A stretch of DNA of 64,000 bases from Podarcis gaigeae. Its lineage: Eukaryota. The stretch lies in the NCBI GenBank assembly GCA_964106915.2, contig OZ066914.1. One strand, 5' to 3'. The notes beneath the pieces were generated by a model, which ran no database searches, had not been told where the DNA came from, and worked only from the letters and a program-made list of their open reading frames with translations. Below are positions 1-11,344 of this stretch, in pieces. Position numbers and translations under genes: made by a program. Position 1 is the stretch's first letter; each line of letters begins with the position of its first letter.

Positions 1-41
1 GCCCTTGTGGTCTCTTCCAACTCTATGATTCTATGATTCTA
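1..41 (+). mobile_element. 3' tail of CR1 LINE (runs off window start)
   Basis: ggtctcttccaactctatgattctatgattcta with the CR1 (ATTCTATG)n tail; reverse complement of the CR1 tail at ~31340-31380. Confidence 0.85.
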
Positions 42-1167
42 GGTTGACTCCTCTTGTTCTAAGTGGTTCTTCCTTTGTTTCCCCTCAGATTCCATCTTCC
101 TCTCTACCCTTTATTGTCCCACTTGTCGATAAATTTAGATTGTACACTCTGTACACTCCTTGGGGCACTGTTATTTTGCAATGTGCTGTGTACTGGATCC
201 ATCTTGTAAACTTGTCCATCTAAGAATCCGTCTTGTAAACTTGTCCATCTAAGAACCAGTAGTGCAATGTCTGACAGAAAATTACCCACATTGCCTTTTT
301 GTACCAGAAGGCGGACAGGAATGTTTTCCCCACCACACTAAGAATTCATGATTAGAGATATATCCATCTACTGCCAAGAAAAGAGCTTAATGTGCATTTA
401 AAGTGGAAAGAAGATTTTTATGAATATAGGTATTATGAAATATTTTTAACACAAAAATATCAAGACTACTTAGACTATCCTTCCTCAGCCTTAGGTCCCC
501 AGATGTTATTGAACCAGATGTCTCAGCATTGGCCACAATGCTTAGGGATGATGGGAGTTGGAGTCCAACAACAGACAGAGACCAAGTACTGGAGAAGACT
601 GCTTTAGATCATCATTATGATGCTAAACAGGTCCAAATCAGATTAAACTTGTTTTAGTTTACACTTAAAGTAGTACTTTGTCTCCTTTTACTATTTTTTT
701 TTAGCTAGTTCCCCTGTGCTCCCATTTCTCAGAGCATTGAGAACAATTCTGAGAAATCAGCCGTATTATTTCCATACCTAGCTGAGTTATCACACAGTTT
801 CAAGCCATCCTCACTTATTGCCACATTGTGAGAGACGTTCAAATGCCATTACATTGAGCAAAAAGCCATTCACCTCCAAGCCAAAGTGTTGTAGACTGAT
901 TTCTCCCTTTCTCTACAAAAGAGACTTATTTGCGACTTAGTTGTCCAGGAATGAATAAATAACCCTAACAGGGTCTTTTTCTTCCTACAAGCGCAGGGAG
1001 ATGTCTCGAATTCTCCCATCAGCTTGGCTTACTCTGTGTGACTAAATTGTGAGACAGACAAAATGGGAAGAAGTATGCAGAAAGTGCAACCACACAACAA
1101 AGACTTCTTTCCCAACCCAGTATCACCTCTTCAAATATGGTGTTTTTTACAGAATGTGTGCATAAAG

Positions 1168-1356
1168 CAGGCCAGCACAACTTGTGATACAACAAACTTG
1201 AATGCAGCCCACTGGCCGTGTGCAACAGATAGTGAGGGGTTCAGAAAACCATCCATGTTTGCTGCCTTCCTGGAACTGCAAAGCAACAACAGACAGACTG
1301 CCAAACACTTGGCAGGCCAACCTATAAGCTTGGGCTACACAAGCTGTGCAGGCCTG
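1168..1356. mobile_element. hAT-type MITE (probably within RGS6 3' UTR)
   Basis: 19-bp imperfect TIRs caggccagcacaacttgtg / cacaagctgtgcaggcctg; flanks gcataaag / gcataaca resemble an 8-bp TSD. Confidence 0.6.
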
Positions 1357-2534
1357 GCATAACATTTTGATCATATCGCCCAAGAAGCAGGGCCAACATT
1401 TTTTACTTGTGCAAAATGCAAAGCAACTCTGCTGAAATCAGATCCCTCACAGGAAGCTTAGAGTCTGGCTTTATGGACCAAATCCTGAGCTGGCAGTCAG
1501 TAGCTTTGCCCCTTTCTATGCAGCTGAGGACCCCAAAATATATTTTTGGACGGATATTACTGACAGTGAGTGAAGAAGCTAAAAAGCACTTTTAAAACCA
1601 TTATTTAAAAAGTGGATGATAATATGTCTACTATCTCATCGTGGTAAAACTGAATTCTTCCTCCCATCCTTAGGGAACTTTCAATTATTATTTTACTGGA
1701 CCCGAACGGTTGTATGAAAGGGGACATGTGGCAAGATCAGCAAGAGCTCTTTCTGTGGCGACGGAGTAAGGTATTTTGGACCACCCTTTCCTCTTGCTCT
1801 GATTCCTCTTTGCCTACTTTAATCTGCATTTCCACTCAAGGATGGCAACACATGTATTGCGTACCATTCTCTCAGGCGGAGGAAAAAACCTCTTCAGGTT
1901 TCGCAAAGGATTCTAGATCTGAGAAGTTACTGTCAAGTCAGCAATAGCCATTATCCATGGCTAGGGAGAATTAACGCCAGGGCTACCAAGATATGCAGAA
2001 GATGGATATTTTTGCCTGTACACATGCAGCAGCAGCAAGAGGAGACATGAGTGTGAGAAAGTGCCTGCATTGCGAATACGGATCTCAACCAAATCTTTAT
2101 CAAGATTTCTCTTAGGGCCCCTACATTAAATGACACCCATAGTCAGTCCCCCCCCCAACCATCTCTGCCTAAGTTGGCATCCTGCATACAGCAAGTTGTG
2201 CTCCTCTGAAATCAAGCGAGAAACAGAGAATTATCTTGATTGAACTCAGTGCCATTACAAAGCTGTACAAGTAGAAAAGTGTTGATGTAAACTATGAAAA
2301 GAGGAACCTCCGGGTGGGCCAGGCTCTCCCTCGTGGTTTCCTTCGCCTTCCCTGTGCTCCCTTCCGTCTCTTTCTCTTCCCATCTCGTTTGCACTCCCAG
2401 CCGTACACACACACACAGACACGCACACACACAGTGACCCATTTGCCCCCAAATGATATTTCCGCCGTGGAGGAGGTTGAGTGAGTGCAGCTGTCTTTCG
2501 GAGATGCCAGCGACCGCTTGCTGAGACGATGCTG

Positions 2535-2585
2535 TCAAGAAGATTGCATCAAGCCTGTGAGGCGCTTGCCTGCCAGTGACTTCCC
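2535..2585 (-). CDS. RGS6: RGS6 terminal coding exon (alpha-type C-terminus) GKSLAGKRLTGLMQSS*
   Basis: ctccag| acceptor, TGA at 2537-2535; identical to recalled human RGS6 C-terminus; 3' UTR continues toward lower coordinates (end not located). Confidence 0.96.
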   Translation of the reverse strand, partial: GKSLAGKRLTGLMQSS

Positions 2586-4122
2586 CTGGAGGAACAAACA
2601 AAAGGGAGAGGGAAGGAAGAAAGCCAAGGATGTGAATATATCCCAGTTACTCAGGAAAACAGGCCAGATTGCACAGGGATTGGGAGGTCAGCACAGTGAC
2701 CAGACAGGAAAGGAAAGGCAGTGATAGTTCAGAAGCCTCCTTCATCAACCTAGGGCCCACCAGATGTTTTAACCACAACTCCCATCAGCTCCACCTAGCA
2801 AGGCCAAGGTGACCTCATGTTTGGGACTACATCTCCCATCGGTTCCAGCCAGATGGCCATGCTGGCTGGTCCTGATAGAAGCTGTAGATCAGGATGGCAC
2901 CAGATGGGCTGTATGGGGGTTGGGAGGACACCTTTCTTATGCTGTGGCTCTTTCAGGTGATAAAAACCCCAGGTGCCAAACTTGCTGATTCAGCACACTT
3001 CAAATAGTTGCAAGGACGGCTGGAGAGCTGGTCGCTGAGCACATCCCAGCTGGTAGAGCAGGCTAGGTAAGTATAGTTAATCCCACCACATTTTTCCCCT
3101 GCCAAAGGGTCCTACTTGGCTGCAAAATAAGCCTCCTGTTTAATCCTGGCTTTGTTGTACTCATGCGGCAAAGAGTCCTGCCATACACTTACAAATACAT
3201 TAGAACTGTTCTCAGCTTTGCCCAGATGCTCAGGGCAATCTGGTTGTGCCTGTATGTGCGCAAGTGTGTTTTTGCATCGTTTGAAATGGCAAGTGTATAA
3301 TGTTTCACAAAAAATCCAAGGCTATTTTGCTGAGCAGCACCATATTCATCTAATTGATGGCTGCTTAAGCAACAAGCACAAAGATGTTTATATTTAACCC
3401 TTATTGGCAACCGTTAGTCCTTCCCTTGGTTGAGAAGAGATACTCTTTCCAACCTACTGATGTTGAAATTCCTCTTTTCTCTGAATTCCTTGATTCAATA
3501 AGCTTATGCCCAATTTATATTACATTTGCATCCCAATCCTGCATACATAGATACTGGCCAAGCCCCAACTGGAAGGTAAACCAAACACTTTCATACCAAA
3601 GTACCCCACATGTTCAAAATTGATGAACAGTTGACATTTGAAATTATGTGATATACTTTAAAGCTGCATGATCGTGTAATTCCACAACAAGTACCTACCT
3701 GGGCATCCACATGATAAAATTCCAGAGTTATCTCAAGGCATTCTTCCCAGAGCTACTATTCTGAGGTTGTAATGCAAATTACGGCTGTTTCTTTTACTTT
3801 TTAGCTTTGTTTATGCAGCCAGTGGTGTATGCAAAATAACAGAATGTGTGCCACAAGAATGCAACAGATTTCTCAGAATACAGTAGGTAATGTTCACCCT
3901 GATCAGAAAAATCCATAACATGCTTTATCATTCATTTCTGTAGTTTAACTCATAGTCTTCTTTTCCTCATTTGCTTGCAATCACTAGATCTAGTTGCGAA
4001 CTGAATGTGGAAGTTCTGCCCACAGCTATCTGTGTGGACCAACGTACTGTTGTTTGGAGGGCACACAAAATTTCCCCTCCTCCTGAACTTCTTGCACCCA
4101 TTTGAAGCTGAGAAAGACTTTT

Positions 4123-4268
4123 CATGGGCCTAGCCAAGGGAAGGCAGGGAGGGGGGCACCTGCCCCTCCCAATCAAGTAAATAAATAAAAATAACTGACT
4201 AATCACGTCTCAGATAGCTCAGTTCTATATTGCCCCCCCCCCCAATATAAATCCTAGCTACTCCCATG
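4123..4268. mobile_element. short hAT-like MITE
   Basis: catgggcctagc ... gctactcccatg termini; degenerate 8-bp flanks agactttt / tggctttt. Confidence 0.5.
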
Positions 4269-4629
4269 TGGCTTTTGCCTCTCTAACAGAACAATTAGAT
4301 GTGCGCCGCCTCAGAAATAAATCTCAATGTGTTCAGTAGAGTTCACTCACAGGTAAATAGATATAGGATTGCAATTTAAGCTTCTTGGGAGCTATCAAAA
4401 AGAGGGAGGAGGCATCCATGATTTCAACTCTGCCACTATTTATAAAGTTCCTTTATCCAGACACCTCTGGTTGGTTACCCATCTAAATGAAGAGTAGATT
4501 CTGTAATGTCCTCCAGAGGTTGTTGGATTATAACTTCCATCATCCATGGTGCTTTGGTGTTGCAATCCAACAGCATCTAGAGGACATTCATTGGCTATTC
4601 CTAATCTAAATGAATCTGACTGGATTATA

Positions 4630-4631
<2 letters not shown>

Positions 4632-4681
<50 letters not shown>

Positions 4682-4682
4682 A
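4632..4682 (+). repeat. (AAGC)n microsatellite
   Basis: about 12 units. Confidence 0.95.
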
Positions 4683-5033
4683 CAAACACCTAATCTGTGT
4701 GCATGTAGGAGCACTCTATGGCAGAGGCCTCCCTGATGTTGCCCATGCCCTGTCTGATAAAGTTGTCTTTAGACACCTGGAATGAGCATCCTCTCCTGAT
4801 TATGATTCCAGTACCATTGTTATTTTCAGGGTCCTGAAGGAAGCTGAAGGTAGGTCTGCCAGGGCTAACTTTATCCCTAGAGAGTCTCTGGCTCCTGGCT
4901 TTGGATTTCATAAAAGGGCAGCAAATTATAAGCTATTTTATTATTGTTGTATTTTTGCTCCCAGTGAGAGGTACCTGTATAATTTTCTGCCACAGGTGTC
5001 AAAATATTTAGGCCTTTGGTACTATCCGCCTTT

Positions 5034-5385
5034 GGGACACGGATGCTGCTGTGGGTTAAACCACAGAGCCTAGGACTTGCCGATCAGAAGGTCGGTGGTT
5101 CGAATCCCCGCGAAGGGGTGAGCTCCCATTGCTCTGTTCCTGCTCCTGCCAACCTAGCAGTTCAAAAGCATTTCAAAGTGCAAGTAGATAAATAGGTACC
5201 GCTCCGGCGGGAAGGTAAACGGCGTTTCCGTGCGCTGCTCTGGTTCGCCAGAAGTGGCTTAGTCATGCTGGCCAAATGACCCGGAAGCTGTATGCCAGCT
5301 CCCTTGGCCAATAAAGTGAGATGAGTGCTGCAACCCCAGAGTCAGTCACGACTGGACCTAATGGTCAGGGGTCCCTTTACCTTTT
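5034..5385 (+). mobile_element. full-length Sauria SINE
   Basis: tRNA-like head (ggttcgaatccc B box), Sauria body, ACCTTT tail; TSD tactatcc(g/a)cctt at 5020-5032 and 5386-5398. Confidence 0.93.
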
Positions 5386-6863
5386 TACTATCCACCTTGA
5401 CTTTTGAGGCAAGTGTAGCCAATTGCCACTCTGCCTCTGGTAGGAATATTTTGGGGGCTTTCTCTGAGGACGAGATGAGCAACTGACTTGCCTTTCCTTC
5501 CCAGGAGCTAGATTGCAGGGTTTAAAAAGCACAGTTGTGTGGTGCCTCTAATCACAAGGGGAATGCTATTCCTGAAACCTCCAGATATTCATAGAAATGG
5601 GTTCTCACAGAAGAGGAAGAAATGAGAAGAGGAACAATCTCATTTGTTAGTTAACTTCTCAAACACTGAACTGTCTCAACGGTGCTTAGCACAGCATCAA
5701 AGTTAAACTGAAGGTCAAAGGTAGAGCAGAAATGTCTTCTGTAATACGTAGACTAATTTAGCCCCTTTTGGAACATTAACTTCAGCATCTCCCTGCTTCC
5801 TCTTATTTCTAAGCAGCTACAGCAGCAGGGTGGTAACATTGAGCTCAACTGTGTTGGCAAGATGTAGGGGATGTGCTTCCCCATCTGACTACAGGCCTCA
5901 ATGGAGGAAGCTTTCAAAGAGTTGTTACATGACTATTGGCAGCCTCAGTCTTTGTGTGTCAGGCAGGATGCTGGACTTTGAAATCCTGGAATAGCGACTT
6001 GACTTTCTGAAAGCAGCTGTGAGCTATGTGCCTTCCTCCTTGCCCCAGGTTTTATTTTATTTGTTTTTTTAAAATTATATCCTGTTTTAAAAAAATTATC
6101 TTCGTCTCAAAATGGCTCTCAAATATGCACCACACAGAATAAAAAACTTATATTAAATCCCCAGAAATTTAAAATGACTGAACAGGTTTAATTTCTTGTG
6201 ATCAGCTGACTCGTCCACAGTCTCATGCACTGGTGGTGTCTATCCACTGGGTCTTATATTTGGCGAGGGGAATCAGAGTGTCATCCTATAATACATCAAA
6301 CTCCAATTGCCAACATGAATTACTCAGCCCTCCTTGGTCCTGCTGAAAGGAAGCATGGTATAGCCACTAAAAGGAACCAGCGACAGGCCCAAACTCTTAG
6401 AGGACCTAAACTCATGCATACAGGCATGAGTGGACAGCGTACTACCAAGAAGGCAAGCTCCACATCCATGAACATCCATAATTTGATAAATGCCTATCAT
6501 GTCACCATGAGCATGTGTGAAATTAAGATTCCCCCGGCATGCATAGATTTATACTTGTTTTCACTAAATTGCATTTGCCATTTTACCACCCATTGACTCA
6601 GTTAGGAGAGGTCCTTTTGGAGATCTTCACAATATATATTAATTTTCATGACTCAAGTTAAATAGCACAGGTCTCATGACCAATCCTTGTGGGGGGGATT
6701 CCACGTTCTACATCCCTGGACTGGGAAAACTGTCCATTTATTCCTGCTCTCTGCTTCCTGCTACTTAACCACTTCTGATCCACAAGAGGAACTCTTCCAA
6801 CACTGCTATTCTTCAATACCCTGGGAAACGGCTGTGAGGGGCATGATGACTCTTAACATCTCC

Positions 6864-6929
6864 TCAGGCAGGAGGCCACATAGCAACTTGCATTGACAGC
6901 ACACGATGTCTCCTGTACTTCAACCAGTG
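6864..6929 (-). CDS. RGS6: candidate RGS6 alternative terminal exon HWLKYRRHRVLSMQVAMWPPA*
   Basis: very strong acceptor tactttttgctctccgcag|, phase-0 frame of 21 codons; unverified. Confidence 0.3.
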   Translation of the reverse strand, partial: HWLKYRRHRVLSMQVAMWPPA

Positions 6930-7713
6930 CTGCGGAGAGCAAAAAGTATTATACTAATAACTCCCCCCCACCCAATTGATCAACTCCACTCACACTGAAT
7001 ATTAGATTCCTCTCAGCTATCCAGAAGGCACCCAGCCTCTTGAGAGACGTTAAACTTTTCCCACAATGACAATACAGGGAAATAAAGAGGCTGTGTTTTT
7101 GCGGGCTTATATCTACAGCTACAATATTCCTTAATTCAGGCCATGTGGTGCATTGGGCCTCTCAGAATCTGCATTGACAACAAATCTTTAAAAACACAGG
7201 GCATGCATAACCATTTCTTATTGAACCAGGATTTTTCATAGGACACCCCCAAAATCTCCATGTGTTTTCAATGCATAATTCTTTTAAAGATCTTAAGGAC
7301 CGTATCCTTTTATAAGCGGCCTTTTATTAGCATTTGCTGGGGGAGAAATGATACACACATCATAAACATAAGAAGGGTAACATAAATTAGGAAAAGAAAC
7401 AAAGTTAAATGCTCAAGTAAGTTATTTTTTTTAAAAAAAGCAACAGTAAAGAAAAGTAATGTCAAGAGAACATAAAATCTACACAGATAAATTCACATGA
7501 AAAGAGATCAAAAGAAGAATCGATTTAGCATGCATATAACAAATAATGGGTAACAACATAAAAACGAAGCCTTATATAGATTCTCTTTCTTAAAAAGTCA
7601 AAAGCATATGTCTTGAATACTATTTCCATGGAAATTAAACGTTTACCTAGATGAAGAATCACAATCTGGATGTACAAATGTCAGCTCACTAAGTACAGGC
7701 ATGTCACACTTAC

Positions 7714-7779
7714 CCTATTGGCGCCCGGAGATTGCACAGTAACTATCTGACTGCCCGATCCTTTCATTTCCAGCTGCAT
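7714..7779 (-). CDS. RGS6: candidate RGS6 alternative cassette exon MQLEMKGSGSQIVTVQSPGANR
   Basis: 66 nt, cttag| acceptor, AGG|gtaagt consensus donor, phase 0-0, no stop; no transcript evidence available. Confidence 0.55.
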
Positions 7780-10700
7780 CTAAGGTAAATTTCCTGATGG
7801 TGTACATGCACAGTCACTATGACAAATGCAATGACTGTATGTCAGGAATGGCTAACCTGGGGCCCTCCACATTTTTTATGAAAACTGTCCCCCAGCCAGC
7901 AAGACCAATGGCTGTCAAGAGATGATAGGATCATAACTCCAACATCTGGAGTGCCACAGGTTAGCCACCCCTGCTACCTGGTGTGCTGCCTACCAAGCAT
8001 GCAGACACAGCTGTCCCCTCTGCCATTGAAAAACAGCCTCGTTGTGTGTCCTCCCTTAAGGGCAGCTCTTCATATTAGTATTACAGGTGTACTTGCAGGC
8101 ATGATGGAGAACATCCAACTTACTTGTGCAATGTAAACACTGTTTTGATGCCTCTGCTACATGAGACTAAAACTGTGCCAGCTTCACGTCTTCCCCCCTT
8201 TCTTGTAGTGTCCTGATGAAAATCACACTGTGCTTATCTAGAGGGGTTACAAAGATCAGGGCACGGAGAGACACACAGCTCTCAACTCCTAACTTTTGCA
8301 TGCAAGACCTCCGTGAAACATTAAGTCTGTTGCAGTAAGGGATGGATGAACCTATCAGTTTGGGTTTCCCCCCAGTTTCTCATTTCCCCAATCTTCAGCT
8401 CACCACCTTTCTGCATCACTTTGCAAATGCTTCTGCCATTGTTTTAGTGTGTATTTCTCCTAATATAACAGTTTTGTATGCAGTTTTCCTCCTGAATTGT
8501 AGGACTGTGGAGCAGGGGCACTGGCCCCTAGGGACCCGGCCCTTCTGGCCTCCCCCTATATTTTGGGGAGTGGAGCCAGGGCCCGCCAATCACCAAATGT
8601 GGCATGCCTGGAGCAGCCGGCTTCTTCTTTCTCCTTCTCCTGCCGCAGAGGGGAAGGAGGGTTGAAGCTGCTGATGGTGCCAAGAGGAGTCAGAGGAGGA
8701 GCTGCCAGCCATTGAGTCATGTGGCCACTGCATTTGGCTCCGCCCCTGGCTCCTCCCAATGTGCATGACATCACATGTGCAATGTCAGCCCCCCCCCCCC
8801 CCGCCACTGTCCTCACAAGTTTGGGGATACATTTCCCAGCACCTCCTGCCATGACCTAGAAGGTGGGAAAGCAGAGAAAGACAGAAAAAGGGCTGCAGCC
8901 TGAGAGCAGCTCTGTGGGGCCTGTGGAAGCCCCAGTGGGGACTTGGAGACGAATAAGAGTCAGTCTAGTGATCTGGAAACAGGTAGCCCTGGGATTGTTG
9001 CTAGGCAAGGTAGTTCTGTGGGAAAGACCCTGAGAAGAAGGCCAAACACAGTCTTGAAACTGTGCAGGCCTCCTGTTGGCCGGTAAATGTAGAAGCCTGT
9101 GCTGTTGTACTTTGGGCCCAGATCTTTTGTGACACCCCAAGGAAGCTGCAGTTTTCCTTGTTTCCCCAGCTCCTTCTCCACCACCCCAATTAAATGAACT
9201 GCTGCGTGTTAACTGCATGTCAGGTGTGATTGCTCAAACTCACCAGGGTCAGTAAAGAAAATATTAATACTAAAGTGCCTTCAGCACTTTCCTCCAGTCC
9301 TGATTATATGCACCCACTACTGATTTGAAAATCCATTACACTGCATATATAAAATAACAGAAAAACTGAAAGACACTATTTAGTACATTCCTTTTTGCAT
9401 TCAAAGCAATCGAGTGTACATGAGTCTGTTTCATGCCGTTTGGGAAGCTTTCCTGGTGAGCAAACATTCAAAGCCTTTCTTAGGAGCCAGCAATGGTTCT
9501 TAAACAAGATAGAGCTATTTAGTTTTAAATGCCCTTCAGCCATGGTGAGGCGCTGGCAGTGGTTCATTAGAAAAGAAAAGCTAATCCTTGCAAAATGCGT
9601 TTTGGCTGTAGGAGGCATTTGTCCCTTCAACATGCAGGATCAGAGAGAAAAAGTAACAAACCTCACATATTCTGTGTAGGAGAGACAAGACTCTGGGCAG
9701 TATCCCAGTCCAGAGTGACTGACATCTGAACTAAGGACTCGGGCACCATTTCCTGGGGTCCTCAGTGCATGGGATGCTGAAACAGCTTCTCAGAGAAGCT
9801 TCCAGTGGGATTTCCCCAGTGCTGCCATTGCCCCCCAGCCAGTGAAGTGGGATGGGTTTGCAAGGCAGGATACACTGCCATCACGGGTCAATCAAAGGGC
9901 AATTATCAAGGAGGAAAGAGATGGTCCATCTTAGTCTTGGAGGGAAAAAAGGTAAGGAGGGGAGATGAGAGTGGTGCAGAAAATTATGCATGGTACAGAG
10001 AACATGGATAGGGAGTGTCCCCCCCCCCCCCAGTAATACTACAACATGAGGTCATCCAATTAACATGAATGCTAGAAGATTCAGGATAGACAATAGGATA
10101 AACTTCACATCATGTTCAGGGGCTTCCTGTAGGCTTTTGATGGCCACAGTGGGCAATGGGATTCTGGACCAGATAGGTCTTTGTTCTGATTTAGCATCTA
10201 TGTTTTTAATGTCATAGTCACTACAGTACCAACCGAGCTTAGAAAAAGAAATACTCTTTTTTTTCTGTGCGTGCATGAAAAGCAGTTTGGTTTCTGGAAC
10301 CCATTTCTGAATCTGCTTCTTTGCTGCTGTGCAGAAAGGCTGTGGTGGAAATCGAAGATGCATTAAAAGCTAGCTGAAGAAAGAAAAGGCAAGAATCCAA
10401 AGGGTCACCTGCCTGAACCACGGACGTTCCACACTAAAGTTCAGAAGACTTCTATTAAGAGACAGACAGCCAAGCTCAAATCTCATGGAACAGGTTCGTT
10501 GTGGCCATTTCTACTCTTTTTTTGAACACTGTTATCCACTGAAGCTGAGATTTGAAGGGGAAGACAGACATATATTTTTTCCGTCAAGGGTAGGAACAAC
10601 TTCAGGGTATGTGTGATTTTTCAGCAGGAAAGCAGAAGTCACATTCTTCCCATACCAACCTTTCCCTTCAAATGGCAACCTCAGTGGCTGCATGACACAA

Positions 10701-10970
10701 AAGGTGGTGGGATGTGAGGGAGAGCAATTTTTTTTTAAAAAAAGGAAGAACATATATTGTGTAGTTCTGTCCTCAGTAGAAATAAAAAAGGAGGGAATGT
10801 AAACAAGGAGCCTTATCCATTATTCTACAACTGAGATGGAAACCTTGTTAGACAGCCAGCATGGCTGATGGTTAGGGAAGATGGGAAGATGTAGACCAGC
10901 AACATCTGGGGGGGCCACAGCTTCCCCCTCCCTGTTTCACATGGTGGCATTTGCAATTAGAAAGCAATTA

Positions 10971-11092
10971 GGGCAGCTAATTTAGGGAAGCTTTTAATGT
11001 TTGATGTATTATAGTATTTTAATATTTTTTTGGAAGCCGCCCAGAGTGGCTGGGGAAGCCCAGCCAGATGGGCGAGGTATAAATAATAAATT

Positions 11093-11133
<41 letters not shown>
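10971..11133 (+). mobile_element. L2-type LINE 3' end with (CAT)n tail
   Basis: tttagggaagcttttaatg...gcccagagtggctgggg...ggtataaataata, same family as 49480-49905. Confidence 0.75.
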
Positions 11134-11158
11134 TAGGACTAAGATGGAACTGCTTGCC

Positions 11159-11344
11159 TTATTCATGCTTCCAAAAGTTTATTGAAAAGTGTTTTCCATG
11201 TTTTGGTGTGTTCTTCTCAGGACTATTTTCTTTGTTGTCTTTACTGCCGTCAGCTTCATTTGCTCCAAGCTGCCATTTAATCTGACTGGCCTTGGGGACC
11301 CCCTTTAGGTCAGCAATGATTTTGTGGTGCTGCCTAAGCACATC
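11159..11344 (-). CDS. RGS6: candidate RGS6 alternative terminal exon DVLRQHHKIIADLKGVPK...SINFWKHE*
   Basis: ttgtttgcacctacccag|G acceptor, 61 open codons in phase 0; unverified. Confidence 0.4.
   Translation of the reverse strand, partial: DVLRQHHKIIADLKGVPKASQIKWQLGANEADGSKDNKENSPEKNTPKHGKHFSINFWKHE

Noticed and set aside
199-256. CRISPR-like or other prokaryotic repeat array
   Set aside because: Two adjacent units without spacers in clearly vertebrate DNA; no prokaryotic features anywhere in the window.
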